Below are positions 9,265-18,778 of a stretch of DNA of 64,000 nt, piece after piece; positions within the stretch are counted from its first letter, which is position 1; the number at the start of each line of letters is the position of its first letter. The notes beneath the pieces were generated by a model, which had not been told where the DNA came from, ran no database searches, and worked only from the letters and a program-made list of their open reading frames with translations. Position numbers and translations under genes: made by a program. Source of the stretch: a virus; the IMG/VR virus record IMGVR_UViG_3300042303_000421, positions 15,655 through 79,654 of that record. One strand, written 5' to 3'.

Positions 9265-11712
9265 ATGGCAGATATAAATAATAGTTTAGGACAATCACAA
9301 AATAATTTTAATTTAAAAGTTAATGAAATAGGAGAATCTTTAATTGAAAATATATATAATATTGAATTTGATGGTGCAACGGTTACTGATGAAGGAGATA
9401 ATAAAGTTAAAGTAACTATTGAATCATCTAGTGATAATAATAGTCCTTTTGTTCAAGAAACAAATGGTGCAATTCATAGAGCAGATGTAATTGATACAAA
9501 CGGGGGATTAAATTCAACTAATTTAACTGACTCCGCTTCAAGAGCGGTTGGTGGATATTCTCATGCAGATAGTAATGGATTAGTCGGGCTTGAAGGAGCT
9601 TATAGTCATGCTGATAGTAACGGAACAGTTAATTATTCATATTCTCATGCAGATAGTGACGGAACTGCTAATTCTCAGTATTCTCACGCAAACAGTAAAG
9701 GCTGGGCAAACGGATACAATTCTCATGCAACTACTAAAGGAAGAGCTGATGGATATGTGTCTAATGCAAATGGAGATGGTTCAAGATCAAATAGTTATTC
9801 TGAAACAGCTGTTGGAATGTATAATGAAGAAATTATAGCAAATGATTCAACAGCATGGAATGCGGAAGATTTAGCTTTTAATATTGGTATTGGTGAAAAT
9901 GATTCAAATCGTTTAACTTCTTTTTTTGCTTTTAAAAATGGTGGTTTTAAATTTATTGCACGCTCTTTAACTAATATTTTAAATGCTGCAAAAGGATTTT
10001 TTGCTTATGACGAAAATGGTAGACCAAACGCACACGATGGTACACAATGGAATCCACTAGCTTATTTAAGTGACATTGCTGGTGGTGGCGGTACTCCACC
10101 ACTTCAAGAGGTTTTGGACGAAGGAAAAACAGCAACGTTTATAGACGAACAAGGCACTCAAATTAATATTGATTTAGGTCAATATGATGAAGATAATTCT
10201 GAAACTCGAATTCAATTTATACAACAAAGAATTTTTGAAGATATTCAAGAATATGCCGCTTTAGGAATGCACCTTAGTGGTGCACATTTAAATTCTTATT
10301 TTTATGATTTATTGAATGATATAGGATTGTCAGCGGCGATAGTTGCAGCAAATGGCGAATTATTTATTACAAAACAAAATTACTCACCATTATTTACTGC
10401 AAGTCAAAGCTTTCAAATAGAAAACGATTTAACACCATCGTCGAATTATGAAGTTGTCTACAAACCAAACCCTAAAAATGTAACAGGCACTTATTATTTA
10501 GCGACAACAGAGGATATTCCAACGCTTCAAGAGGTATTGGATAACAATCACGATTTAGTTGATGGCAATAACTTTCAGGGCACGGGTGCGGGGGATGGAA
10601 ATACAGGAACGGAAGTAAATGCTTTTGGAACAGATGCTGGTACAGACAACACAGGGAACAATCAAAACGCTTTTGGTAATAGTGCAGGTTATGAAAATCA
10701 GGGAGAAAATCAAAATGCTTTAGGAGAAAGTGCAGGTCAAGAAAACACAGGGGCAAATCAAAACGCTTTTGGAGGTTCTGCAGGTTATCAAAACATAGGA
10801 GATTACCAAAACGCTTTTGGTGTAGGTGCAGGCTTTTTAAACACAGGGGCAAATCAAAATGCTTTAGGTAGTAGTGCTGGGGCATACAATACAGGGAACA
10901 ATCAAAATGCTTTTGGTAGTAGTGCTGGTGTAGACAACACAGCAACAAATCAAAACGCTTTTGGGTCTAAGGCAGGTCAAGTTAATAGTGGGGCAAATCA
11001 AAATGCTTTAGGGGAAAATGCAGGTAAAAATAATAGCGGGATAAGTCAAAATGCTTTTGGCAATACTGCTGGGCAAGACAATACGGGTGATAATGTAAAT
11101 GCTTTTGGGGAAAATGCAGGCGATGGAAACACTTTTAGTAACGTTAATCTATTTGGAGAAGGAGCACAAGCGGACGAAGATGGTCAAACGGTACTTTCAA
11201 AAGATGGTGCTATTATGGCTCGTATATCAACTGCTGATTTAACTGAAACAAGGAAATATACTTTGCCTGATGCTGATGGTACATTAGCTCTTTTAGATGA
11301 TATTCCTCCTGCAATAACAATCGATGCAAATCCTACCGATGGCAGTAGCAATGCGGTTAGTAGTAACGGTGTGTTTGATGCTTTGGCTACAAAGGTTTCA
11401 AAATCAGACTACACTCCATCGCATTCTATTTTAGTTCAACAAAGTGGAACTGGAAATCCTACAGCATTACAAGTTGGAAATAATACTTTAGTAGGTAGAG
11501 TAAGCGGAGGCGGTTCAGATATTGATGACCTTTCAACATCGCAAGTGCGTACTATGTTAAGTATAAACAACGTAGATAACACAAGCGATGCTAATAAGCC
11601 AGTTAGTACCGCTACTCAAACAGCTTTGGATTTAAAACAGAAAACAATAACGAGCGGAACGTCCGCACCATCAGGCGGAGTAGATGGAGATATTTATTTA
11701 CAATATACATAA
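9265..11712 (+). CDS. Tail fibre / receptor-binding protein with beta-roll repeats
   Basis: YSHADSxG repeats, 14-aa NTGxNQNAFGxxAG repeats, NVDNTSDANKPVSTATQTAL fibre motif. Confidence 0.8.
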   Translation: MADINNSLGQSQNNFNLKVNEIGESLIENIYNIEFDGATVTDEGDNKVKVTIESSSDNNSPFVQETNGAIHRADVIDTNGGLNSTNLTDSASRAVGGYSHADSNGLVGLEGAYSHADSNGTVNYSYSHADSDGTANSQYSHANSKGWANGYNSHATTKGRADGYVSNANGDGSRSNSYSETAVGMYNEEIIANDSTAWNAEDLAFNIGIGENDSNRLTSFFAFKNGGFKFIARSLTNILNAAKGFFAYDENGRPNAHDGTQWNPLAYLSDIAGGGGTPPLQEVLDEGKTATFIDEQGTQINIDLGQYDEDNSETRIQFIQQRIFEDIQEYAALGMHLSGAHLNSYFYDLLNDIGLSAAIVAANGELFITKQNYSPLFTASQSFQIENDLTPSSNYEVVYKPNPKNVTGTYYLATTEDIPTLQEVLDNNHDLVDGNNFQGTGAGDGNTGTEVNAFGTDAGTDNTGNNQNAFGNSAGYENQGENQNALGESAGQENTGANQNAFGGSAGYQNIGDYQNAFGVGAGFLNTGANQNALGSSAGAYNTGNNQNAFGSSAGVDNTATNQNAFGSKAGQVNSGANQNALGENAGKNNSGISQNAFGNTAGQDNTGDNVNAFGENAGDGNTFSNVNLFGEGAQADEDGQTVLSKDGAIMARISTADLTETRKYTLPDADGTLALLDDIPPAITIDANPTDGSSNAVSSNGVFDALATKVSKSDYTPSHSILVQQSGTGNPTALQVGNNTLVGRVSGGGSDIDDLSTSQVRTMLSINNVDNTSDANKPVSTATQTALDLKQKTITSGTSAPSGGVDGDIYLQYT
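10570..11160 (+). repeat. Imperfect 42-bp tandem repeat (about 13-14 units) encoding a trimeric beta-roll
   Basis: Recurring aatcaaaa(c/t)gcttt(t/a)gg...gc(a/t)gg. Confidence 0.85.
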
Positions 11713-11715
11713 AAA

Positions 11716-11922
11716 ATGAAAGTAATAAAAAAAACAGAATCAATACTCTACATCTCTGATAGTGGAGATTGGGGGTTGCAAGTAAGCAACGAAAACTTTG
11801 AGATACTGCCACAAGCAGGTGGTTTGGTATATCAATCGGGTGTTAATATTGATAATTTATCACAACTAATTGTTGAAGCGAAAGCTCACGCAATTGAAAA
11901 CGGAATAACATGGCAGCAATAA
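11716..11922 (+). CDS. Small hypothetical protein (fibre chaperone?)
   Basis: Fills gap between fibre genes in the GC-richer cassette. Confidence 0.45.
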   Translation: MKVIKKTESILYISDSGDWGLQVSNENFEILPQAGGLVYQSGVNIDNLSQLIVEAKAHAIENGITWQQ

Positions 11923-12758
11923 CAGACTTATCGGATTTAATCAACCGTCAATCAGGTGGCAATAGTGGTACTCCTGAAAATATCTTTTTTCATAAAGTGC
12001 CTCGTGTTCAAGGTGTGGCAGCAACCGCACCAGTGTCAGGTAGAGGTTGTTCGCTGTGGGAGTATGACGGAATGCCTGCCAAAGGAGATGTTCCTACGGC
12101 GGGAGCAATACCTACTAAATCAACTCAAGGGGCAATACCTTTTACTGCTCCCGGTGGTGGTAGAGATAAACACTTAATTGGGGCAAGTATTACACCAATA
12201 ACCCCAGGCGTGTATTTACTTTATGATAGGTTATTTCACGAGGGTGGATTATCAGGAACATCAACCGCAGCACAAACAATACAAGGGTCAACTCCAACTC
12301 CTGCTTTAACCCGTAATACGGGCGGTGCAGGAAACATAGCGTTTTATGAGATTTATACAATAATAGGAACAACATCTACAACCCTTACAATGACCTACAC
12401 AAATCAAGCAGGGACGGGTTCAAGAACATCAACAATCAATATAGGCGCAACGGGTTTTAGAGAGGCTACCCGTATGCAACGCATACCTTTAGCAGCAGGT
12501 GATTCAGGTATTCGAGCTATTGAGCAAATACAATTAACGGCTACTACGGGTACGGCAGGCAACTTTGGTATAACCATTGCACAACCTTTGGCATGGATTC
12601 CAGTTGGTGCAGGTGGTACAATGGGGTGGAGAGATTACACAACAGGACTTCCCGGCATACCCGTTATTGACCCTAATGCTTGTTTAGCACTAATGTTTAT
12701 CCCTGGTTCAGGAACTGCACCTGAATTATTCGGTTCAATAGCAACAATAGAAAAATAA
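11910..12758 (+). CDS. Putative fibre tip/structural protein, paralog A
   Basis: G/T/A-rich beta protein, paralogous to next ORF. Confidence 0.55.
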   Translation: MAAITDLSDLINRQSGGNSGTPENIFFHKVPRVQGVAATAPVSGRGCSLWEYDGMPAKGDVPTAGAIPTKSTQGAIPFTAPGGGRDKHLIGASITPITPGVYLLYDRLFHEGGLSGTSTAAQTIQGSTPTPALTRNTGGAGNIAFYEIYTIIGTTSTTLTMTYTNQAGTGSRTSTINIGATGFREATRMQRIPLAAGDSGIRAIEQIQLTATTGTAGNFGITIAQPLAWIPVGAGGTMGWRDYTTGLPGIPVIDPNACLALMFIPGSGTAPELFGSIATIEK

Positions 12759-13561
12759 TGGCACTAACTGACTTTGACGAATACGTAGACAAGCTAAAAG
12801 AAAACAGGGTCGCTGATTTTAGCACCAGCACAATAAGAATAGTGAGACCGAATGCAAATTGGCAATACTTTAACCCTGCTCCTGCTACACCAACAACAAG
12901 CGTTGCATTAGACAAAAATTCTGCACAATCAATGGGCCCTATACCTGCTGTATCAACAGGTAAATTGACAATGTTAGGGGCAAGGATTAGCACTACAAAT
13001 TATGGTGCAGCATCAATGATGGTTGTTGATTTGTTAAATGTTAGCGGAGGACTGAACGGAACTTTAACAACACCTCAAACAACTAATCTTCCAACCGCAG
13101 CATTAACAAGATATACATCGGGTGAGGGAGTTATGGCAGGAATTGTAGTATATGGCATTATTGGCACAACACAAACAACGGTAACAATAAGCTACACAAA
13201 TTCAGCAGGCGTGAGTGGTAGAATATCTACTGCTACAATAATCGGTGGAGGGTTTTATCGAGAAGTAGGTATCCTTATTCCTATTCCTTTACAAGGATCA
13301 GATAAAGGATTTAGAAGTATTGAGTCAGTAACTCTTGCGGGAACAACAGGATCGGCAGGAAACTTTGGGGTGTGTATGTTTAAACCGTTGGCAATGATTT
13401 CATTGGAAAGTGCAACAGGTGCAATGCCATTAGATGCAGTTAGTACAGGTTGCATAATTAATTCACTTTGTGAAATTCATCCTGATGCTTGTTTAACTTT
13501 TAGTGCTGTTACAGTAGTAAATTTTGGAATAACAGGTGCATTAATTTTAGGAGAAGTATAA
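12758..13561 (+). CDS. Putative fibre tip/structural protein, paralog B
   Basis: Shares YTN.AG..R.ST..IG...RE....IPL...D.G.R.IE...L..TTG.AGNFG....PLA.I...I.P.ACL with previous ORF. Confidence 0.55.
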   Translation: MALTDFDEYVDKLKENRVADFSTSTIRIVRPNANWQYFNPAPATPTTSVALDKNSAQSMGPIPAVSTGKLTMLGARISTTNYGAASMMVVDLLNVSGGLNGTLTTPQTTNLPTAALTRYTSGEGVMAGIVVYGIIGTTQTTVTISYTNSAGVSGRISTATIIGGGFYREVGILIPIPLQGSDKGFRSIESVTLAGTTGSAGNFGVCMFKPLAMISLESATGAMPLDAVSTGCIINSLCEIHPDACLTFSAVTVVNFGITGALILGEV

Positions 13562-13562
13562 A

Positions 13563-13766
13563 ATGGCAACAAGGAGGTTATATGATGGTGCAACGATTGA
13601 GATAGGGCAAATTCCTATTGTGGGAGCAGGAGTGCCTCCAATTGCAGGAACAATAGCATGGATTAAGGTTGCAGGAGTATGGAAGGAAGCTACTGTTCAT
13701 ATAAAAGTAGCAGGAGTTTGGAAAATAGCAACGCCAAATATAAAAGTTGCAGGAGTTTGGAAATAA
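13563..13766 (+). CDS. Small fibre-associated protein with three IKVAGVWK repeats
   Basis: Exact triple peptide repeat. Confidence 0.6.
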   Translation: MATRRLYDGATIEIGQIPIVGAGVPPIAGTIAWIKVAGVWKEATVHIKVAGVWKIATPNIKVAGVWK

Positions 13767-13781
13767 TTAAAATACAGAAAT

Positions 13782-14189
13782 ATGAAATTTAGATTTATAA
13801 AATTATTATTAGAAGCTTATAAAACTTCAAATTTTAAATTGCATTTAATATTAGGAACAGGAATATCTTTAATGTTATTACCTTATGAAAGAGCTTTTAT
13901 TTTACAATTTTTAATAGCAATTATTTTTACAACAGTAATTGCAGGAATATTAGAGTATGGACAAAAAATATTTTTTCCTAAAGCTATTCCAGATATGAGA
14001 GATGTAATAACTACAGGTATATATGGAGGATTTTCAGGATGGTTAATTCATCAAATTATTTATGGATTTACATTATATTCTGAAAACTTACCAAAAGATA
14101 ATATATTTTTATCAACACAATTTTTTACAGGATTAGGATTAGTTGTGATATCAATAACATTATGGATTATTAAACAATTTAAAAAATAA
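13782..14189 (+). CDS. Multi-pass membrane protein (holin candidate)
   Basis: Three to four hydrophobic segments, basic ends, next to lysis genes. Confidence 0.45.
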   Translation: MKFRFIKLLLEAYKTSNFKLHLILGTGISLMLLPYERAFILQFLIAIIFTTVIAGILEYGQKIFFPKAIPDMRDVITTGIYGGFSGWLIHQIIYGFTLYSENLPKDNIFLSTQFFTGLGLVVISITLWIIKQFKK

Positions 14190-14191
14190 AA

Positions 14192-14620
14192 ATGATTACA
14201 GTTTTAAAAGAATTTTTTTTTAATAACTGGTATACAGTTGTAACAACAATTGCTATACCTATTGCTTGGATTTTTGGAGGTAAAGAAAAACAAAAAGTTG
14301 AATTAAAAAAATCTAATGCTGATGCTGTTTCAACAATGCAAAGTGTATATGATCATTTTTTAGAAGATTATAAAACAAGAATGAATGAAGTAATGTTAGA
14401 ATTAGATCGTGTAAGAGAACATAATAAATCTTTACAAAATCAATTTAATAACATACAACTTCAATATGCAAAAGAAATTGAAACATCACAAAATTGGGAA
14501 AAATTACATAGAGAATTAAAAGGTCAGTATATGGAATTAGAAAAACATTATATGACATTACAAAAAGATCACGATAAACTTAAAAAAGAATTTGAACAAT
14601 ATAAAAAACAAAATTCATAA
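14192..14620 (+). CDS. Single-TM coiled-coil protein (holin/lysis accessory candidate)
   Basis: N-terminal TM then long coiled coil; immediately upstream of amidase. Confidence 0.5.
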   Translation: MITVLKEFFFNNWYTVVTTIAIPIAWIFGGKEKQKVELKKSNADAVSTMQSVYDHFLEDYKTRMNEVMLELDRVREHNKSLQNQFNNIQLQYAKEIETSQNWEKLHRELKGQYMELEKHYMTLQKDHDKLKKEFEQYKKQNS

Positions 14621-15108
14621 TGCCAAAAGCTAAAGATATTAAAAGTATAGTAATACATTGTTCTGCAGGATTTAGTAAACGAAAAGATATAGAAGCTTTT
14701 TGGAAATCTAAAGGTTGGAAAGCACCAGGTTATCATAGACTTGTTGAAGTAGATGGTAAAATTGAAAAGCTTGCAGAATTTAACACAATTACTAATGGAG
14801 TATTAGGTTTTAATAGTTCCACTTTACATATTTGTTATGTAGGTGGAATTGAAGTAAGTGGTACAAAAGAAAAACCTATTTACAAGAGTAAGGATACACG
14901 AACTGCTGCTCAAAAGCAATCTATATTAAAATGTATAGAAGAAGCTTTACAATGGCTTAAAATGAACGGTAATACTAATAAAATAACAATTAAAGGTCAT
15001 AGAGATTTCTCACCAGATAAAAATGGTAATGGAGTTATTGAAAGTTGGGAAAGAATTAAAGAATGTCCTAGTTTTGATGCTATAGCTGAATATAAACATT
15101 TAACATGA
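14620..15108 (+). CDS. Endolysin, N-acetylmuramoyl-L-alanine amidase (T7 lysozyme type)
   Basis: IVIHCSA, GYH, ICYVGG, GHRD, K.CPSFD zinc-amidase motifs. Confidence 0.92.
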   Translation: MPKAKDIKSIVIHCSAGFSKRKDIEAFWKSKGWKAPGYHRLVEVDGKIEKLAEFNTITNGVLGFNSSTLHICYVGGIEVSGTKEKPIYKSKDTRTAAQKQSILKCIEEALQWLKMNGNTNKITIKGHRDFSPDKNGNGVIESWERIKECPSFDAIAEYKHLT

Positions 15109-15785
15109 AAAAAGTATTAATAATTATTTTTAGTTTAATTACTATTTTATCTTGTGGTCCAAAAACAAAAACTCAAACAGAAAATCAATCACAAATTTCT
15201 GCTCAAGAAATTACTCAACAAGAAAAAATAAAACAAGCTGAAAGTAAAAGATTAGATTCAATTAGAGTTGTATTAAAAGAAGAATTATTAAAAGAATTTA
15301 ATCAAAAATATAATGAAAGTTCTTCTGAAGAAAATACTAGAAAAACTACAACAGAAGTAACTGAAACACTTAAAAATCCATTAGAAGGTTTTAGACCTGT
15401 AGGTAATGGTGATATTTATATAAATGATTCCAATGGACAACTTTTAGAAAGAAAAACTAAAACTATTATTGAGGAAAAATTTAAAAAAGAACAACAAAAA
15501 GAAATTGAAACAAAACGTATTGAACAAGAGAAAAAAGTAAAAGATTCTGTTGCTAAAATTAAGTATATTGATTCTACTGTTGAAAAAGTAGTAGAAAAAC
15601 ATATGTTACAATATGAAAAGAAAGATAAAGCAAAAGTTAAAGTAAATGAAAAAAAAGGATTTCAATTAGGATTTTGGGGTTGGTTTTGGATTATATTAAT
15701 TATACTAATTATACTTGCTTTTACAGTATTTAGAAAATGGTTATTAATACAATTTCCTTTTTTAAGATTGTTAATAAAAAGTTAA
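15105..15785 (+). CDS. Lipoprotein with C-terminal TM (unimolecular spanin-like)
   Basis: MKKVLIIIFSLITILS|C lipobox, coiled-coil body, C-terminal TM helix; follows endolysin. Confidence 0.65.
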   Translation: MKKVLIIIFSLITILSCGPKTKTQTENQSQISAQEITQQEKIKQAESKRLDSIRVVLKEELLKEFNQKYNESSSEENTRKTTTEVTETLKNPLEGFRPVGNGDIYINDSNGQLLERKTKTIIEEKFKKEQQKEIETKRIEQEKKVKDSVAKIKYIDSTVEKVVEKHMLQYEKKDKAKVKVNEKKGFQLGFWGWFWIILIILIILAFTVFRKWLLIQFPFLRLLIKS

Positions 15786-15789
15786 ATGA

Positions 15790-15823
15790 TTAGGAATTAT
15801 CAAATATATTTTGTACCTTTGTA
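15790..15823 (+). promoter_or_regulatory. Bacteroidota-type promoter
   Basis: TTAG 15790, 20-nt spacer, TACCTTTG 15814-15821. Confidence 0.7.
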
Positions 15824-15850
15824 CAATATATATTAATTTAAATTAAAAAT

Positions 15851-16822
15851 ATGAGTATTAAACAAATTAAAGAATTTTTAAGAAATCGTCCAGGATATTT
15901 AAAAGAAGGTGGAAAAAGATTATCTAAACGTTTACAAGGATCTACAATAGCTCAATGTAAACAAGCAATTAGAGAAGTTAATGCTGAATTACCAGGTAAA
16001 GATAATAAAACATTTAAATTAATTTTAAATGAACCATGGCAACCTACTAAAATTAAAAGATTATTTTATGATATTGAAACTTCTTATAATATAGGATGGT
16101 TTTGGAGAGCAGGTTATAATCAAACAATTACTCCTGATCAAATTATACATGAAAGAGCAATTATTACTATTGCTTGGAAATGGGAAGGAGAAGATCAAGT
16201 ATACTGTAAAGAATGGAATAATGGATGTGATAAAGAATTAATTCAAACATTTATTGGTTTAATGAACGAAGCTGATGAAATTATAGGTCATAATATTGAA
16301 AGATATGATACTGCATTTATAATGACAAGAGCTTTAAAACATGGAATTTTAACACTACCTAAATATAAACAATTTGATACTCTTAAAAAAGCAAAATATC
16401 ATTTTAATTTTAATTCAAATAAATTAGATTATATTGCAACATTTTTAGGATTAGGTGGTAAATATAAACACTCAGGATTATCAATGTGGAATGATATTGT
16501 AATGTATGATGTGTTTGGTAAAGGTTCTAAAGAACAAAGAGATACTTCAATGAAAGAAATGGTACATTATAATATGATTGATGTTGCATTAACTGAAGAA
16601 GTTTATCAAAGATTAAGATTATATTCTACACATGAAACACATCATGGAGTTATATTAGGAAAACCTAAGTTTACATGTCCTAATGATGGTTCAGAAAATG
16701 TAGAACTAATTAAAACTATTGTTACTGCATCAGGAACTATTAAAAGATTAATGCAATGTAATGATTGTGGTCAACAATACTTTATAAGTAATAAAGATTA
16801 TTTAAAATTTTTAAACACATAA
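15851..16822 (+). CDS. DnaQ/RNase H-like 3'-5' exonuclease with C-terminal Zn ribbon
   Basis: FYDIET, GHNIERYD, SNKLDY, YNMIDV; CPND...CNDC. Confidence 0.85.
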   Translation: MSIKQIKEFLRNRPGYLKEGGKRLSKRLQGSTIAQCKQAIREVNAELPGKDNKTFKLILNEPWQPTKIKRLFYDIETSYNIGWFWRAGYNQTITPDQIIHERAIITIAWKWEGEDQVYCKEWNNGCDKELIQTFIGLMNEADEIIGHNIERYDTAFIMTRALKHGILTLPKYKQFDTLKKAKYHFNFNSNKLDYIATFLGLGGKYKHSGLSMWNDIVMYDVFGKGSKEQRDTSMKEMVHYNMIDVALTEEVYQRLRLYSTHETHHGVILGKPKFTCPNDGSENVELIKTIVTASGTIKRLMQCNDCGQQYFISNKDYLKFLNT

Positions 16823-16830
16823 CAAATTAG

Positions 16831-16855
16831 AGCCTCTCCATGGAGAGGTTTTTTT
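16831..16855 (+). terminator. Rho-independent terminator
   Basis: AGCCTCTC-CATG-GAGAGGTT followed by T run. Confidence 0.8.
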
Positions 16856-16867
16856 ATTTATATACAT

Positions 16868-17548
16868 ATGATATTATCAAAATTAATTTACGATGTACGA
16901 GAAGGTATAAAACAATACCAAGACGATACAGAAATAGATGATAGACACATTATACATCTATTTAATATTAAACGAGCTAAATATTTAAGACAAGAACTTA
17001 ATAATTTACAAAGAAGTGTAGATATTTCTATAACACAAAGTTTTTGTGAAGGATTAGAAGAAGTGTCTATAAATCAATGTAATTTAGATTTTGTTTGTGG
17101 AAAAATACTTAGAACTAAAAGACCTATTCCACAAGCATTAGAATTACATTTAGCACCTGCAATCACAAGTGTTAAACCTACAAACATAACAAGTTTACCT
17201 TTTAATTTTTTACCTAAAGAAAGAGCTTTATATCATCAATTTTCACCATTTAAAAATAGTATTTATTCTTTTTTAAATGATGATGGTTATATTTATTTAA
17301 TTAGTGAAAATAAAGCTTTAAGATTAATTGAATGTATAACTGTTTCAGGAGTATTTGAAGATCCTTTAGAATTAAAAATTTATAATAATTGTTGTGGATG
17401 TGAAACACCTGCACCTTGTTTTGATATAAATTCTACAGATTATCCTTTACAATCACATTATATAGATTTAATTAAAATGGAAATTATAAGTGAATATGTA
17501 AAACTTTTACAAATACCTGAAGATAAAACTAATGATTCAAATGACTAA
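16868..17548 (+). CDS. Tail ring protein
   Basis: ILRT..PIP, GVFEDP, DYPL, P.DK.ND motifs of crAss ring proteins. Confidence 0.7.
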   Translation: MILSKLIYDVREGIKQYQDDTEIDDRHIIHLFNIKRAKYLRQELNNLQRSVDISITQSFCEGLEEVSINQCNLDFVCGKILRTKRPIPQALELHLAPAITSVKPTNITSLPFNFLPKERALYHQFSPFKNSIYSFLNDDGYIYLISENKALRLIECITVSGVFEDPLELKIYNNCCGCETPAPCFDINSTDYPLQSHYIDLIKMEIISEYVKLLQIPEDKTNDSND

Positions 17549-18050
17549 GAAATCTAATAATAAAATTCAAGTTCATTATGGAATTACTGATTATTATAAA
17601 TATTATAAAGATAAATATAAAAATCATGTTTCTTCAAAAAAATATAATAAAATTATTTCAGATTTTAATAATGAAATTATTAATTTAATTTTAAATGAGA
17701 ATATAGAATATTATATGAATCATTTACATTTAGTTGTAGGTGTTAGAAAAGTTAAAAGAAGACCTCGTATTGTAAATGGAAAACTACGTAATACTGTACC
17801 TATTGATTGGAAAGTTACTAAAGAACTATGGCAATCTGATGAAGAAGCAAAAGAGAAAAAACTTCTTGTAAGATTTAATAATTCTCATACTTCTGGTTAT
17901 ATTTTTAGTATAAATCTTATTAAGGTAGGATTAGGTTTTAAAAATAAAAAATATTACAAATTTAAAGCAGCTAGAAATTTTGCTAGAGATTTAGCTAAAA
18001 GAATTAAAGATGAAGAAAAAGAAAGATATGACACTTATAAATTATATTAA
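17541..18050 (+). CDS. IHF/HU-like DNA-binding protein (crAss IHF-like)
   Basis: Basic; PIDWK.TKELW...N.HT.GY..Y.FK..R motif; conserved position before tail tubular protein. Confidence 0.75.
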   Translation: MTKKSNNKIQVHYGITDYYKYYKDKYKNHVSSKKYNKIISDFNNEIINLILNENIEYYMNHLHLVVGVRKVKRRPRIVNGKLRNTVPIDWKVTKELWQSDEEAKEKKLLVRFNNSHTSGYIFSINLIKVGLGFKNKKYYKFKAARNFARDLAKRIKDEEKERYDTYKLY

Positions 18051-18052
18051 AT

Positions 18053-18778
18053 ATGGCACATAATGGACAAATGATTGGTATGGGTGAAATCTTATGGAGA
18101 GTATTAAGACAACCTTTACTTAAAGATTTAAAATATGAAGAAGCAGCTGAATATGCTTTAGAATGTATTCCTTTATTAGGAGCACCTATGGCTTTAGTTG
18201 AAAAAGTTACAGATCCTATTCCAATAGAATCATTTAAATCACCACTACCTTGTGATTTAACACAAATTAGAGGAGTTAGATATTTAGGATTAGATGGTTG
18301 TCAAGATCCAATTGCTATGAGAGAAGCTACTAATTTATATCATAAAAGTCAAAATGAATTAAATAGTGAACTTGAATTAATTAGAGAATATACTTATTCA
18401 ATTCAAAATGGTATTATATTTACTTCTCGTGAAGAAGGTTTTATTGAAATTTCATATAGAGCAATTGCTACAGATGAAAATGAATTTCCTTTAATACCTA
18501 ATACTGAAAAAGTTAAATTAGCATTAGAATATTATATAATGTTTAGATATTTAGAACAATTATTTTCAGTAGGTAAAATAACTGATAAAGTATTTCAATA
18601 TTATGAACAAAAAAAATGTTGGTATATGGGAGCAGCTAATACTGATTTACAAATGCCTACAATAGATAAAATGGAATCTATGATGAATGCTATTAATAGA
18701 TTAATTATTAATGATAAAGCTCATGAATCATTTTATAAAAACTTTGGAATGAAAGAATATATAAAAGATAATAGATAA
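18053..18778 (+). CDS. Tail tubular (ring 1) protein
   Basis: LPCDL, G.I.ISY.AI.TDE..FPLIP, WYMGAA motifs. Confidence 0.8.
   Translation: MAHNGQMIGMGEILWRVLRQPLLKDLKYEEAAEYALECIPLLGAPMALVEKVTDPIPIESFKSPLPCDLTQIRGVRYLGLDGCQDPIAMREATNLYHKSQNELNSELELIREYTYSIQNGIIFTSREEGFIEISYRAIATDENEFPLIPNTEKVKLALEYYIMFRYLEQLFSVGKITDKVFQYYEQKKCWYMGAANTDLQMPTIDKMESMMNAINRLIINDKAHESFYKNFGMKEYIKDNR

Noticed and set aside
10570-11160. CRISPR array
   Set aside because: Degenerate 42-bp in-frame coding repeats varying at wobble positions; no cas genes
9265-13766. Diversity-generating retroelement or invertase shufflon acting on fibres
   Set aside because: No reverse transcriptase or recombinase in window and no adenine-specific TR/VR pair or inverted repeats seen
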